Shown one piece after another: positions 8,709-18,353 of a stretch of DNA of 41,294 nt. Origin of the DNA: a virus (Duplodnaviria > Heunggongvirae > Uroviricota > Caudoviricetes). Numbering within the stretch: position 1 is the stretch's first letter; every line of letters begins with the position of its first letter. Made by a program: the position numbers and the translations under genes. Location: the IMG/VR virus record IMGVR_UViG_645951847_000024; one strand, 5' to 3'. The notes beneath the pieces are model-generated. The model was not told where the DNA came from, searched no databases, and worked only from the letters and a program-made list of their open reading frames with translations.

Positions 8709-9230
8709 ATGGAGCTTATTAACGTAAAACGATATTACCCGGAACACAAACCCTATGGTGAGGATGTTCAGTATTTCCAGAGTGAGGACGGAAGGGATTT
8801 TTATGAATCTATCCCGCTTTTCACAAAGAAATACAAACTCTGTATTTCGCCTGTAACGGGTATTATCTGCTCTGTTGCTGAAGATGTCTCTGCTTTATAT
8901 CCGGCAGGTTTTACTGTTGTTGAAGTGGACGAACTGCCGGAAGGTGTGAATATTGACGGTAACTGGCAGTTTTCTGATGGCCTGATATCAAAGGTGCCGG
9001 TAAACTGGAAGACGGTTGCTGAAAAGCGCCGCTCATCGCTGCTCCAGGAAGCCAACGAAACTGTGGATGACTGGAAAACGGAATTAAAACTGGACATGAT
9101 TAGCGATGAAAATAAATTACAGCTGACGCGCTGGATGGCGTATATCCGACAGCTTAAAGAAATGCACTTTAATGATATTGCCAGTGAGGGGCATTACCAG
9201 GCGATTCCCTGGCCGGAAAAACCGGAATAA
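8709..9230 (+). CDS. Tail-fibre assembly (chaperone) protein, U'-like
   Basis: Follows S'v on the same strand; AAGGTGA SD before ATG 8709 (MELINVKRYYPEHK...); C-terminal ...IPWPEKPE resembles Tfa family ends. Family from memory. Confidence 0.65.
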   Translation: MELINVKRYYPEHKPYGEDVQYFQSEDGRDFYESIPLFTKKYKLCISPVTGIICSVAEDVSALYPAGFTVVEVDELPEGVNIDGNWQFSDGLISKVPVNWKTVAEKRRSSLLQEANETVDDWKTELKLDMISDENKLQLTRWMAYIRQLKEMHFNDIASEGHYQAIPWPEKPE

Positions 9231-9264
9231 TTCAGAGGGTGCATTCAGCACCCTTTTCTGTGGT

Positions 9265-10176
9265 TTACACTGAACTTACCGTTCTCCAGGCATTATTAAT
9301 ATAAATCTGAACCGGGCGATAATAGACCCCACCGATATTGTCCGCAGACCGGGAGCCGGTTTCCTGCACGTTAATTCCGGAAAGCATACAACCGGAAGGT
9401 GCGCTGTAATTCCATGACATTTCATTGCCTCCGGGTGAATGATAGCTCTGTGCTCCAAGCTGAACATTCTGTACATACCGGCCATCTGCGGTTGACTGCG
9501 TCATTCCTGACGTGATGTTGATATCCAGCGTTCCGTCAAAAGGAACACCATTAATATTTCTTGGGGTGGCGAGTCTGTTTGCTGCCACGGCGGTTCCACC
9601 CGATGGCAGGGCATCAGCAGCCTTATTTACCGTTTCCCGTAAACCAACGTTATCGATAAAAGCGCCTTTATCCGGAATGTCTGCGCCGTTCTGCTCCCTG
9701 CGCAGGTAACGGTTATCACCTTCGCTTTTGCTGTAAACATCCAGATTATTACGGGCGGTTCCCGCATTCTCCAGGTCGGCAAGGTTCTGATCCTTCGCCA
9801 GAGCATTAACGTCACCGGGACCAAGACTGTTTTTTGTGGCAAGCGCCCCAAGACCAAGATAACCACGGGCAAGACGCTGGGCTTCCGCACCGGCATCAGC
9901 AATTTCTTTCAGGTTGTTTTTCCGGGAAAAGGCATTCGCAGCGATAATGGCTTTAATGGACAGCGTAAGCTGGTTTAACTGCGCCTTATCCGGCTGAATA
10001 CTGGCTTCAGCCAGAATATTCAGCAGTTCGGCCTGGAGAATATTCAGCCAGTCCTGACCAATCCAGCTGATACCTTTTTGTCCGTCACCTTCGGTAAACC
10101 AGGTGGTGGTATTACTCTGCGCCGGTGCCAGCGCAGGCATATTCGCCACGCCGGAATTATTATCAACATGGAACAT
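9265..10176 (-). CDS. Tail fibre protein S (constant part joined to Sv tip in current orientation)
   Basis: Start taken at internal ATG (MFHVDNNSGVANMPALAPA) overlapping the upstream stop (TAATG); position after baseplate genes. Confidence 0.8.
   Translation of the reverse strand: MFHVDNNSGVANMPALAPAQSNTTTWFTEGDGQKGISWIGQDWLNILQAELLNILAEASIQPDKAQLNQLTLSIKAIIAANAFSRKNNLKEIADAGAEAQRLARGYLGLGALATKNSLGPGDVNALAKDQNLADLENAGTARNNLDVYSKSEGDNRYLRREQNGADIPDKGAFIDNVGLRETVNKAADALPSGGTAVAANRLATPRNINGVPFDGTLDINITSGMTQSTADGRYVQNVQLGAQSYHSPGGNEMSWNYSAPSGCMLSGINVQETGSRSADNIGGVYYRPVQIYINNAWRTVSSV
9635..9659. other. gix/hix-like crossover site B (inside tail-fibre gene S)
   Basis: TCCCGTAAACC-AA-CGTTATCGATA on plus; its inner arm is the exact reverse complement of the inner arm of site A (GGTTTACGGGA). 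S/S' homology begins exactly here. Confidence 0.5.
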
Positions 10177-10736
10177 TAAATATTCTCCTCTTCGTGACTG
10201 TTTGCATATACGTAAATAAACGTCTGCCATGCAGGCTTATAACGGTTCAGAATACATTCCAGCGCACCGCCTTCATAAATACGCAGCGGCGTGAGAATAT
10301 CATCCAGCACATTCATATTCCGGTAGCCGGTTTCACTGTTAATCGTGACAATACTGACCCACTGTGAATCCGGTGATGGCTGAATATCTATTTCATAACC
10401 AAACTCTGCCGCAAACCGGATATAAAATTCACGGTTAAGAGAGGGTTTCATCCGGTATTTATTCCCGGCATAACGCTGACGCTCCTGAATTGTTGCGCCG
10501 GTCATATCACATTCCGGTAACCCCAGATAACGCTCCCAGTCTTCCAGCAGCAGACGGGATGAATCAGGAAAACGTTCTGCCAGCATCTGGTTACCGGTCC
10601 AGGAAACACGCTCCGTGGAATGACTGAGGCCCAGGCACAAAGCCGCAAGAACGGATGACGGCCGCTTATCCCATGCCAGCCCGTCAGGCAGCAACTGCAA
10701 CAGGGCACGCTGATGCGGGGTCAGGGTTACAGCCAT
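10176..10736 (-). CDS. Baseplate/tail protein, Mu gp48-like
   Basis: Position between baseplate J-like gene and tail fibre; translationally coupled. Confidence 0.6.
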   Translation of the reverse strand: MAVTLTPHQRALLQLLPDGLAWDKRPSSVLAALCLGLSHSTERVSWTGNQMLAERFPDSSRLLLEDWERYLGLPECDMTGATIQERQRYAGNKYRMKPSLNREFYIRFAAEFGYEIDIQPSPDSQWVSIVTINSETGYRNMNVLDDILTPLRIYEGGALECILNRYKPAWQTFIYVYANSHEEENI

Positions 10737-11812
10737 GTGATTTCCCCCACGGTCAGCAACTCTGTATCTCCGGCCATCACGGACTTCAGCGGGCTGCGAA
10801 CTTCAAAATCCTCCAGTCCTTTCACCCCTGCAACAGCCCGCCAGAATGATGAAGGCAATACAAGTCCACCCGGCCGCGATTCGTTATAAAGCAGGTCCGT
10901 TAATGCCTGTTTTACGGCAGCCTGATTTTCCGGCGTTTTGGGTACAATCCTGATCTCAAACGCCACCGGCTTATTGGTCAGCTTAAACACGCTGATTGTC
11001 GGCCCAAGTGGCTGACCAACGGGCTGGCCCGTCGCCGGATCATCATGACTGCGGATATAATCCGCCACCCGCTTCACATCACCTTCTCCGGGGAAAATGT
11101 CAGGGTTATTATCCTGAACAAAAGTCACACCAACACTACCCGCCTCAGGCCATTCAGGCTTACACCATGCCCGCGTCACGCCCGGTACTTCCCGTGCCCA
11201 GCGTTCAAAATCATACTGTGTTCCCCCTGATGGCGGGTTCTGTACCCGGAATACCAGCCTGGACAGCAACTCCGGCACCGTTTCCACATCCGCACCACCG
11301 GTGAGTCCCGTGCCGGTGACCGTGGCTGTCTGGTTGATGCCCGCCTGTGGCGTGATAAAGGACAGGCGGGTTCCGGTCGGGGTATTTCCAGCGCGCCCCG
11401 CACTTTCCGCCTCCACATTAACATTCAGTGTTCCGGCTTTTCCGGTCGCAGAGCCGGTGATGCGGTACACAACACCATCGCTTCGCTGAAGGAGTACGCC
11501 TTCCGTGATCCCTGCATCCGTGGTCAGCATCAGTTGTACCGGTCCGTCAGCGCGGGAAGCCGGTTTACGGATGACACCCCAGAATGCGCAGTGTTTCAGG
11601 AGTTCGGCTTCATCAGCTTCTGTCGGAATTATCTGCCGGGAGATCCAGGCCAGATGTTCATGCTCCTGTGCTGACAGACCCGCCAGTGCATACGCAATGG
11701 CATTCAGGGTGGTTTCATTCACGCCCGGCTGCGAACCGGGCAGGCGCTGGCTGATATCCTGTTGTGTCTGTGTGATCAGTTGCGCCAGTGGTAAGGGCTG
11801 ATAAGGCATCAT
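10727..11812 (-). CDS. Baseplate J-like protein (Mu gp47-like)
   Basis: 361 aa, position and size in baseplate module. Confidence 0.7.
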   Translation of the reverse strand: MMPYQPLPLAQLITQTQQDISQRLPGSQPGVNETTLNAIAYALAGLSAQEHEHLAWISRQIIPTEADEAELLKHCAFWGVIRKPASRADGPVQLMLTTDAGITEGVLLQRSDGVVYRITGSATGKAGTLNVNVEAESAGRAGNTPTGTRLSFITPQAGINQTATVTGTGLTGGADVETVPELLSRLVFRVQNPPSGGTQYDFERWAREVPGVTRAWCKPEWPEAGSVGVTFVQDNNPDIFPGEGDVKRVADYIRSHDDPATGQPVGQPLGPTISVFKLTNKPVAFEIRIVPKTPENQAAVKQALTDLLYNESRPGGLVLPSSFWRAVAGVKGLEDFEVRSPLKSVMAGDTELLTVGEITWL

Positions 11813-12246
11813 TCCCCCTTCATATCAGCATAAAAAATCATCGGATGTCTGCTTCCGTCCGGCAGGGTGATTTTCACGGAAAGCGAAAGGCGAGCATGCC
11901 CCACACGCATGGCATGACATACCACGGATGTGGCAGCACCGCTTTTATGCAGCCACGCCAGCGCTTCATCAGCATAGGCCTGTGCACGGCTGACCACGGA
12001 GGACAGCGTCTTTTCACGGCTTAACAGCCAGAGACGGGAGCCAACGGGGCGCTCCCGGAAACTGTCTCCCCACCATCCCCGACGGTCACGGGTGCCGTCA
12101 GGGATTTCATCGGAATCCAGCGCCCGCCTGTCCGTAAACAGTGAAATAATGACCGCAGTCAGCAGGCTGTTATCCGTCAGAAGATCTGCGCCGTTCAGTT
12201 GCAGGGAACCGCAACCCTGATCCCAGACGACAGCAATATCAGCCAT
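11809..12246 (-). CDS. Baseplate protein, GP46/W-like
   Basis: Start at internal ATG (MADIAVVWDQGCG...) overlapping upstream stop; the longer ORF N-terminus lies inside the preceding gene. Confidence 0.6.
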   Translation of the reverse strand: MADIAVVWDQGCGSLQLNGADLLTDNSLLTAVIISLFTDRRALDSDEIPDGTRDRRGWWGDSFRERPVGSRLWLLSREKTLSSVVSRAQAYADEALAWLHKSGAATSVVCHAMRVGHARLSLSVKITLPDGSRHPMIFYADMKGE

Positions 12247-12853
12247 TCTCTGGTCCTCCCGTTTTGCTGCCTTCACCGTTATCGTGATGCACATGACCTG
12301 AATAGGTGATCCCGGCAATAACCGCTTCGGACATCGTGAACGTCCCCTGTGATCTTCCGGTGCCGTCAATGGACACATTGCCTTTGACATGCAGGTTCTT
12401 ATCCACTGTGACATTACCGGTAAAGTGAGCCTCCGGTGTATCCACCTGAACACCTTCATCGGCGTAAATCTCCAGCGTCTTACAGGTCACAATGATCCGG
12501 CCGTTCTTTGTCAGACGTATACGGTGCCCCTCATGGTGATACACGCCGGTATCTCCGGCGGTAAGTCCGGTCGGGCGACTGCGGCGGTCTTCCACCACAA
12601 GCACCACGGCCTGATCCCGTTGTCCGCCAGCACAGGCCAGAAAAACTTCCGCACCAGGCAGGGGGACGCTGATTTGCCCGTACTGCTGGGGGCGTTCAAC
12701 GTCATCAAAGGTTTCACCATCCATACCGGTGATTTGCACATTCTGGATTTTCAGCGTGTCCGTTGTGCCGGTCAGTACACCACGCCCGAACAGCAGACGA
12801 ACACCCCGCATCACGGGGGCCAGAAGGCGGCTGATGACTTCGTCATTCATCAT
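12239..12853 (-). CDS. Baseplate assembly/spike protein V-like (Mu gp45-like)
   Basis: 204 aa, position in baseplate module. Confidence 0.6.
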   Translation of the reverse strand: MMNDEVISRLLAPVMRGVRLLFGRGVLTGTTDTLKIQNVQITGMDGETFDDVERPQQYGQISVPLPGAEVFLACAGGQRDQAVVLVVEDRRSRPTGLTAGDTGVYHHEGHRIRLTKNGRIIVTCKTLEIYADEGVQVDTPEAHFTGNVTVDKNLHVKGNVSIDGTGRSQGTFTMSEAVIAGITYSGHVHHDNGEGSKTGGPENG

Positions 12854-13967
12854 TGAATTTAATCCCCTGTTTTTTCATCTGTGCCCGCACGAAGGCGTCC
12901 ACGTCACCCGCATTTCCGCTTCCGCTGTTTCCCGGCTCTGCCGGAACAATAAAGCCGTCACGGGGTGCCAGAATCAGACGGGTGGTTTCGCCGTGATTTG
13001 CATCCAGCGAAAACTCCACCTGACAGACAAGAAGATCACGCTCTTCCACTCCGGTGCGGGGAGCCGTGACAGCCGTCAGCAGGTTGATATCCCACAACTG
13101 GCCGTTCTCCCGAAACCAGTGCCGCACGGTGGCTGTCAGGCGCACAGAGCGGGCAACCGCCCGGCGCATTTCCCGGACAGCCCTCTGGCGTGCACCGTCT
13201 GCATCAACAGCATGATCCGCCAGCACAATTTTCGGTCTGTAACGGTGGATGGCACTGTCTGTCACCGTACCAACGGGTGCGGCCAGCGTTCCGGCTGTCA
13301 GTGCATCCCCGGCATGACCACCACCACGCCCGTGCCCCCGTACACGGTATTCACTGTGGCGCAGACGGTGATCCACGTTGTGATCCAAATCCAGCAGATT
13401 TTCGCCCAGCGTCAGCGTGTCGCCACGCTGACTGCCGGCCTGAGTGAAAACCAGTTCACCGGCGGCATTACTGGTTACCAGGACGCCTCTGTGTCTCGCG
13501 GCCCGTGTCAGCGCATCTGCCACGGTTTCTGAGTTTTCCAGTGTGAAGGTGGAAAAGGGCCGGGCTGCCGTTGCATCATTTACCTGCCAGCGCACCGTGA
13601 CCCCGAACGGAGCACACAAATCTGAAGCAATGTGCTCCAGCGTGCGGTTCCTCCACTGGCTGCCCGGATGAATGGCTGAACAGTCCACCAGGTCACCGGT
13701 TTTATCCCGTCCGCTGAGCGTGATCTGAAAACGCGTGGCGCTGATGCGCTGCCGGACCTGATCCAGCCAGCCAGTGATCACAGGCTGACCGTCAATGCGC
13801 AATTCCAGAGACTGACCGGCACGGACGGATGACGGAAGGCGTACACCGGGCATCATTACCCCCAGTTCAAAGGAGCCCGCCAGATGTTCAAGAGAGCGAC
13901 GAACACTCACCGTCAGCCAGCCGGAAAAAATCTCACCGCCCAGATACAGTTCAACCCTGCTGCTCAC
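12843..13967 (-). CDS. Baseplate hub / late control D-like tail protein (Mu P, gp44-like)
   Basis: 374 aa following the DNA circularisation protein gene, as in Mu. Confidence 0.65.
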   Translation of the reverse strand: MSSRVELYLGGEIFSGWLTVSVRRSLEHLAGSFELGVMMPGVRLPSSVRAGQSLELRIDGQPVITGWLDQVRQRISATRFQITLSGRDKTGDLVDCSAIHPGSQWRNRTLEHIASDLCAPFGVTVRWQVNDATAARPFSTFTLENSETVADALTRAARHRGVLVTSNAAGELVFTQAGSQRGDTLTLGENLLDLDHNVDHRLRHSEYRVRGHGRGGGHAGDALTAGTLAAPVGTVTDSAIHRYRPKIVLADHAVDADGARQRAVREMRRAVARSVRLTATVRHWFRENGQLWDINLLTAVTAPRTGVEERDLLVCQVEFSLDANHGETTRLILAPRDGFIVPAEPGNSGSGNAGDVDAFVRAQMKKQGIKFNDE

Positions 13968-15321
13968 TAATCACCTCCACTGAATGGCCTCCGGGAATGA
14001 ACAGCGGATCAACAATACCGTTACGGCGCACAAAACGTTGCCAGCCGGTACTGTTCCCGGTGGCACGGTACAGGGTCACCAGTGCAGGCTCGGTGGTACG
14101 TACAGTCACTACTGTTGCACCGGGTAGCTGAACTCCCCGTGTATTCAGATCCTCTGTCAGTGCCAGTCTGGCATCACGAAGCGTCAGCGCCGTGGCGGTA
14201 TACCCCTGCCCGGACAGTGTCATCACCTGCCGTTCGAGCGCTTCGCTTAAGTCACGGTTAATGCGCTGAAGATCAACTGAACTTTCCAGCCAGACAGGCC
14301 AGGTACGGTGGGCTGCGTCACTGTCCGGCAGGGTTTCCTGACTGAGAACCTGATCCAGCAGTTTTCCCACGGTCTGTGCCTGGGCCACCACGGCAGCACT
14401 CTGCATTACCGCCCGTATCAGACGAATATTCTTTTGTGCTGCCGGTGTCAGACCGATGAGAGTCTGCGGATTATCCTGCTCATCCAGCACGTAACGCAGG
14501 GAAGATAATGTCCTGTACAGTTGCGGCATTCCCTGAGAGAAGGCGGATGTCGTCCGGCCGATACTGCCACCGGGCCGGGTATTCAGGCCTCCTGAAGACA
14601 GTGACGGCAGCGATGGCAGGGTGATCAGGGCACTGAAAAGCCCCGCAAAAGATGAGGCCATGCGGGAAGGTGCTGTCAGTAATGCCGTGGCATTCCCTTT
14701 CAGCGCCGTGAACGTGGCAGTAAAGGCACTGATATCCTGTACAATCCCCATGCCGGAAACGGCATTTTCCAGGGCGGACACCTTATCGCTGATGGTTTCG
14801 GTCATTGCCTGGACATCGTGCATTCCGTCAGAAATCACCGTCCAGCCCGCTTCCAGGGTTTCAAAAACCTTCCCGAGCGCGGTGGTACTCTTCTGCTCCA
14901 GAATGGCGGCCGTGTCCTGTGTGACAGCAGGTGCGGTATCATCACTTACCGGCGTGACATTAATGGTGAACTCAACCACGCCCTGTTCAGCAGCGTTATA
15001 ACGACTTTCAAAGCTGTTTATCAGCACATTTAACGTGCCGTAATCCGGGTGAAGCAGCTCCCCGGCACCGGGAGCACGAAGGGCATCACGCAGACGATTT
15101 CGCTGTGTCTGAACATCATCCCCCATCACAAGTACACTGAACGTAAATTCAGCCAGTTTAGGTCCCAGATCGTCTGCACCACCGGTTTCCCGTAACGGAT
15201 ATTCCCGACGGACAATGTTTCGCCCGCCACGTTCGCGCTGCTCACGCCAGACGAGGAACGGCACACCACGGAACGCACCACGACCGTCACCAGAGGCCAT
15301 AATTCCCTCCGTTCCAGACAT
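13951..15321 (-). CDS. DNA circularisation protein-like tail protein (Mu gp43-like)
   Basis: 456 aa immediately downstream of and overlapping the tape measure gene. Confidence 0.65.
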   Translation of the reverse strand: MSGTEGIMASGDGRGAFRGVPFLVWREQRERGGRNIVRREYPLRETGGADDLGPKLAEFTFSVLVMGDDVQTQRNRLRDALRAPGAGELLHPDYGTLNVLINSFESRYNAAEQGVVEFTINVTPVSDDTAPAVTQDTAAILEQKSTTALGKVFETLEAGWTVISDGMHDVQAMTETISDKVSALENAVSGMGIVQDISAFTATFTALKGNATALLTAPSRMASSFAGLFSALITLPSLPSLSSGGLNTRPGGSIGRTTSAFSQGMPQLYRTLSSLRYVLDEQDNPQTLIGLTPAAQKNIRLIRAVMQSAAVVAQAQTVGKLLDQVLSQETLPDSDAAHRTWPVWLESSVDLQRINRDLSEALERQVMTLSGQGYTATALTLRDARLALTEDLNTRGVQLPGATVVTVRTTEPALVTLYRATGNSTGWQRFVRRNGIVDPLFIPGGHSVEVISEQQG

Positions 15322-17362
15322 TCACATCCAGTCCGTGACCGGACGTGTCATCAATATCAATACTGCGAGCCTGCCACCCTTCCGGGGCAACCAGCTCCAC
15401 ACGGGCAGAGGCTTTTTGTACCGCCTGTCCACTGCTTTCATCATCACTGCCCCGTAATTTCTGCCAGGCTTCAGTCAGCCATCCCCCCAGATAGTTACCG
15501 AGATAGCTGCCCACCGTAGAACCAATGGCAATCCCCACAGGTCCGGCTGCCGCCCCCAGCGCACCACCGGCAATACTGCCTGCAAGAGAGCCGACCGCTT
15601 CTCCCTTGTCTGTGGCACTGGCGCTGCCATCCAGCAGAACCGGGGCTGCCATCGCGCCAGCCCACAGGGCACCGCCACCCAGCCGGCCGGCCAGTCCACC
15701 GGCACTGCGGAAAAAGCCGGAGAAACGCCCCAGCCCCATGCGGCTACCGACAGACGAAAGTAACCCACCGGCGCGCCCCATCATGCGCCCCCAGAACCCT
15801 GCCCCACCAGAAGAGGGAGACGGTGGCACTGGGGACGGTGGCAGGGGAGGCGTGACCGGTCTTCCGCGCCCCGGTCCGCGTTTCCTGCGGCCCCGCCCCT
15901 GACGTCCGCCTGAGGAAGTATCGGTCGCGCCGGTGCCGGACAGTCCTCCTGTGGGCCAGTTTGTTACAAGTACTGGCTGAACGGCTGCCGGATTTACCCC
16001 GGTAAGAAAGTTTATAAAACGTTGCCCTCGTCCCTGAGATGTGCCTGGTGGTGTTCCGGCCGGAGGAGAGCGCCGGAAAGGTGAAGTCAGGAAGGCCGCC
16101 GCTGATAATCCGTATCCCAGCAATGCAGCACCCGGACGTATAATCCCCGTTCCGACAGCCCGCGCCATTTTCAGGGCACGGGTGGCGAGATACATGTACA
16201 GCAGGTATTTCGCGGCGGTCTGTGCCCCCTGACCAATGCGATCCAGCGCATCACCATAGCCCGCATCCCGCAGAGCCTGAAGCGTGTCGCGTACCTTTCT
16301 GATCGCCTGATAAAACCCTGTCACTGCATCACGGGCATACTCAAAGCCCTGGTTCATGGCTGATGCCGTGCTTTCCGCCAGGGAATGGTAACTGCCATCA
16401 GATTTGGCACTGTCAACCCATGAAAGAAATCCCCTGAGATTACCCTTCAGTTTTTCAAATGGCCCACTGTCCATCACATCCCGGGCAAACTGATCCCAGA
16501 CGTCACCCATCATGGCCGTCAGGCCACTCCAGGAATTCATTGCGTCCTTTTGTGCTCCCCTGGCCTGTTCCGCCAGCGTCTGAAATAACAGGCGAATACT
16601 GTCCGGCCCAAGCAGCCCTTTTTCACCAAGTTTTCTGACCACTTTCTGGTCCACACCCAGACGATCAGCCAGCACGCGGTAGGCATTAATGCCGTAGGTG
16701 GCAAGAATATTTGCATCCGCCGCCTGAATACTGCCTCTTGCATACATCTGTTTCAGTTGCAGGGATGCCCCCTGTGCATCGGACAGTGACCAGCCGCCCA
16801 CGGCACCCTGATCCTGAAGCATGGTGACAAAATTTCGGGCCTCCCTGTCACTCATACCAAAGCCCAGACTGGACGTATATTCCTGCATGACGCCAGCCAG
16901 CCCCCAGGTGGTTTCCTTCGCATTCTGTATTGCCCACCTGCGGACATCATCAGTTTTCGCCCGATCCCCTTTGTAAAGGGAGTTCAGGCGAATCATATAG
17001 GTTTCCATCTCCGCTGCCGGGCGAATAAATCCCCGGTTAAAGCCATATACAGCAGCACCACCGGCCAGCATTCCGTAAAGATTGCTGATCCGCCCGATGG
17101 TGCCGGTAATACTGCCCTGAAGACGGTCAAAATCAGAAGTGACATGGCGGATACTGCCCCGCACCCCGGCCAGCGTGCGCTGCATCCTGCTTCCGAGTAC
17201 ATCTGTTTCCTGCCCGGCACGGCGGGCAGCATTTCCCAGGCCACCCAGCCCCGCCTGGCCGGAGCGTGAGAATGCCCCCAGCTCCTGTGACCACTGGCGG
17301 GATTTGGCTGAGATATTGCCGAGCAAATCAACTATCAGAGATGCTCTGAGATTTCGGGCCAT
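15287..17362 (-). CDS. Tail tape measure protein
   Basis: 691 aa, helical N-terminal half, Gly/Pro/Arg-rich low-complexity centre, Gly-rich hydrophobic C-terminal segment; follows tube and chaperone genes. Confidence 0.8.
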   Translation of the reverse strand: MARNLRASLIVDLLGNISAKSRQWSQELGAFSRSGQAGLGGLGNAARRAGQETDVLGSRMQRTLAGVRGSIRHVTSDFDRLQGSITGTIGRISNLYGMLAGGAAVYGFNRGFIRPAAEMETYMIRLNSLYKGDRAKTDDVRRWAIQNAKETTWGLAGVMQEYTSSLGFGMSDREARNFVTMLQDQGAVGGWSLSDAQGASLQLKQMYARGSIQAADANILATYGINAYRVLADRLGVDQKVVRKLGEKGLLGPDSIRLLFQTLAEQARGAQKDAMNSWSGLTAMMGDVWDQFARDVMDSGPFEKLKGNLRGFLSWVDSAKSDGSYHSLAESTASAMNQGFEYARDAVTGFYQAIRKVRDTLQALRDAGYGDALDRIGQGAQTAAKYLLYMYLATRALKMARAVGTGIIRPGAALLGYGLSAAAFLTSPFRRSPPAGTPPGTSQGRGQRFINFLTGVNPAAVQPVLVTNWPTGGLSGTGATDTSSGGRQGRGRRKRGPGRGRPVTPPLPPSPVPPSPSSGGAGFWGRMMGRAGGLLSSVGSRMGLGRFSGFFRSAGGLAGRLGGGALWAGAMAAPVLLDGSASATDKGEAVGSLAGSIAGGALGAAAGPVGIAIGSTVGSYLGNYLGGWLTEAWQKLRGSDDESSGQAVQKASARVELVAPEGWQARSIDIDDTSGHGLDVNVWNGGNYGLW

Positions 17363-17488
17363 ACTTACTGCTTCGTTCTGATGATTTTTTCTGTCTGTCG
17401 GCAGTGCCGGTAAAGTTGCGACAGGGGGAGGTTAAGCGCCCATTCCGGACCGCTTTTTGTCACCATCCCCAGGATAATTGCCGCTTCT

Positions 17489-17983
17489 TCAATCTGATCC
17501 CGACACTGCGCCTGATCGCCCCCGGTCAGCTGCCAGCTTTCCGGCAAGCGCGGTATCCAGCAGGCTGACCGCTGCCATCAGGCGGGAGAGATCGCGCTCG
17601 CTTAACTGTCCAATCTGACGGGGTGACAACGGACCTTCAATGTCTCCCACTGCGGCAATCTGACGGCGCAGCAGTGCAACACCGCGTAACGACGGAGACG
17701 CTATCAGCATCGGGCCATTGTTTGTCTCCACCACGCGCTCGGCTTCTGCTTCTGCGTCAATACTGTCTTTCGCTGTCAGTTCCCGGAACGTGACACGATA
17801 TTCACGGGTCTCACCAAACGGCAGACCATCAAGCAGATCCACATATCCCTTTGCCAGTTGCTCTGTCAGCCCGGCAGTGCGTGGATCAGCCCCCTCAAGT
17901 GCTTCCCGGATTGCCTCCATCACGGCTGCCTCGGAAACTGCCGTTTTTTTCTTACGTGTGGTCATTTTATTTTTCCTGATCAC
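17489..17983 (-). CDS. Tail assembly chaperone-like protein (Mu gp41-like)
   Basis: Small gene between the tube and tape measure genes. Confidence 0.5.
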   Translation of the reverse strand: MIRKNKMTTRKKKTAVSEAAVMEAIREALEGADPRTAGLTEQLAKGYVDLLDGLPFGETREYRVTFRELTAKDSIDAEAEAERVVETNNGPMLIASPSLRGVALLRRQIAAVGDIEGPLSPRQIGQLSERDLSRLMAAVSLLDTALAGKLAADRGRSGAVSGSD

Positions 17984-18345
17984 TGAACACGGGTACTGGA
18001 GGCGCTGGCGAACTTCACGGAGATCTCCCCGCCACCGTCAAGCGAGGCCGGTTCACTGCTCCAGGCCTTCGTCATCATGTGGACTTCGCCGGTATCCGCC
18101 ACAAACTCGATAGTGACCGCAGTCCAGTTGTTGATTTCATCGGCGGCTGGTGAACCTTCTCCGCCTGCCGGAAATTTGCAGTCCAGCGTCGCTTCACGTG
18201 GTTTCTGGCGGTAACCATAGACTTTTGCGCCTTTCACCACTTCACGTTCAAAACCAGACGGAGAAAATGTAGCCCCCTCAAGCGTCTCGTATTCCTGACC
18301 GTTCACACGGATAGTGGCCGTACCCTGATACTGTTTTCCGCTCAT
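17980..18345 (-). CDS. Tail tube protein
   Basis: 121 aa directly after the sheath gene. Confidence 0.7.
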   Translation of the reverse strand: MSGKQYQGTATIRVNGQEYETLEGATFSPSGFEREVVKGAKVYGYRQKPREATLDCKFPAGGEGSPAADEINNWTAVTIEFVADTGEVHMMTKAWSSEPASLDGGGEISVKFASASSTRVQ

Positions 18346-18353
18346 GCCTTACC

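Larger units (their letters stand above)
8272..9646. other. Short G-segment-like invertible region (about 1.4 kb) carrying alternative tail-fibre C-terminal cassettes
   Basis: Bounded by the two gix-like sites; contains the Sv tip on minus (9265-9645) and an alternative S'v tip plus a tail-fibre assembly gene on plus. Confidence 0.55.

Noticed and set aside
8523-9097. Minus-strand ORFs (74 and 98 aa) inside the invertible segment
   Set aside because: Antisense to the tfa-like gene and S'v cassette; Ser/Thr-rich, no RBS. Not a hidden second chaperone gene.
12729-13532. 267-aa plus-strand ORF
   Set aside because: Antisense to the baseplate hub gene; no RBS, non-protein-like composition.
15525-15902. 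Pro/Ala/Arg-rich 125-aa plus-strand ORF
   Set aside because: Antisense to the low-complexity centre of the tape measure gene.
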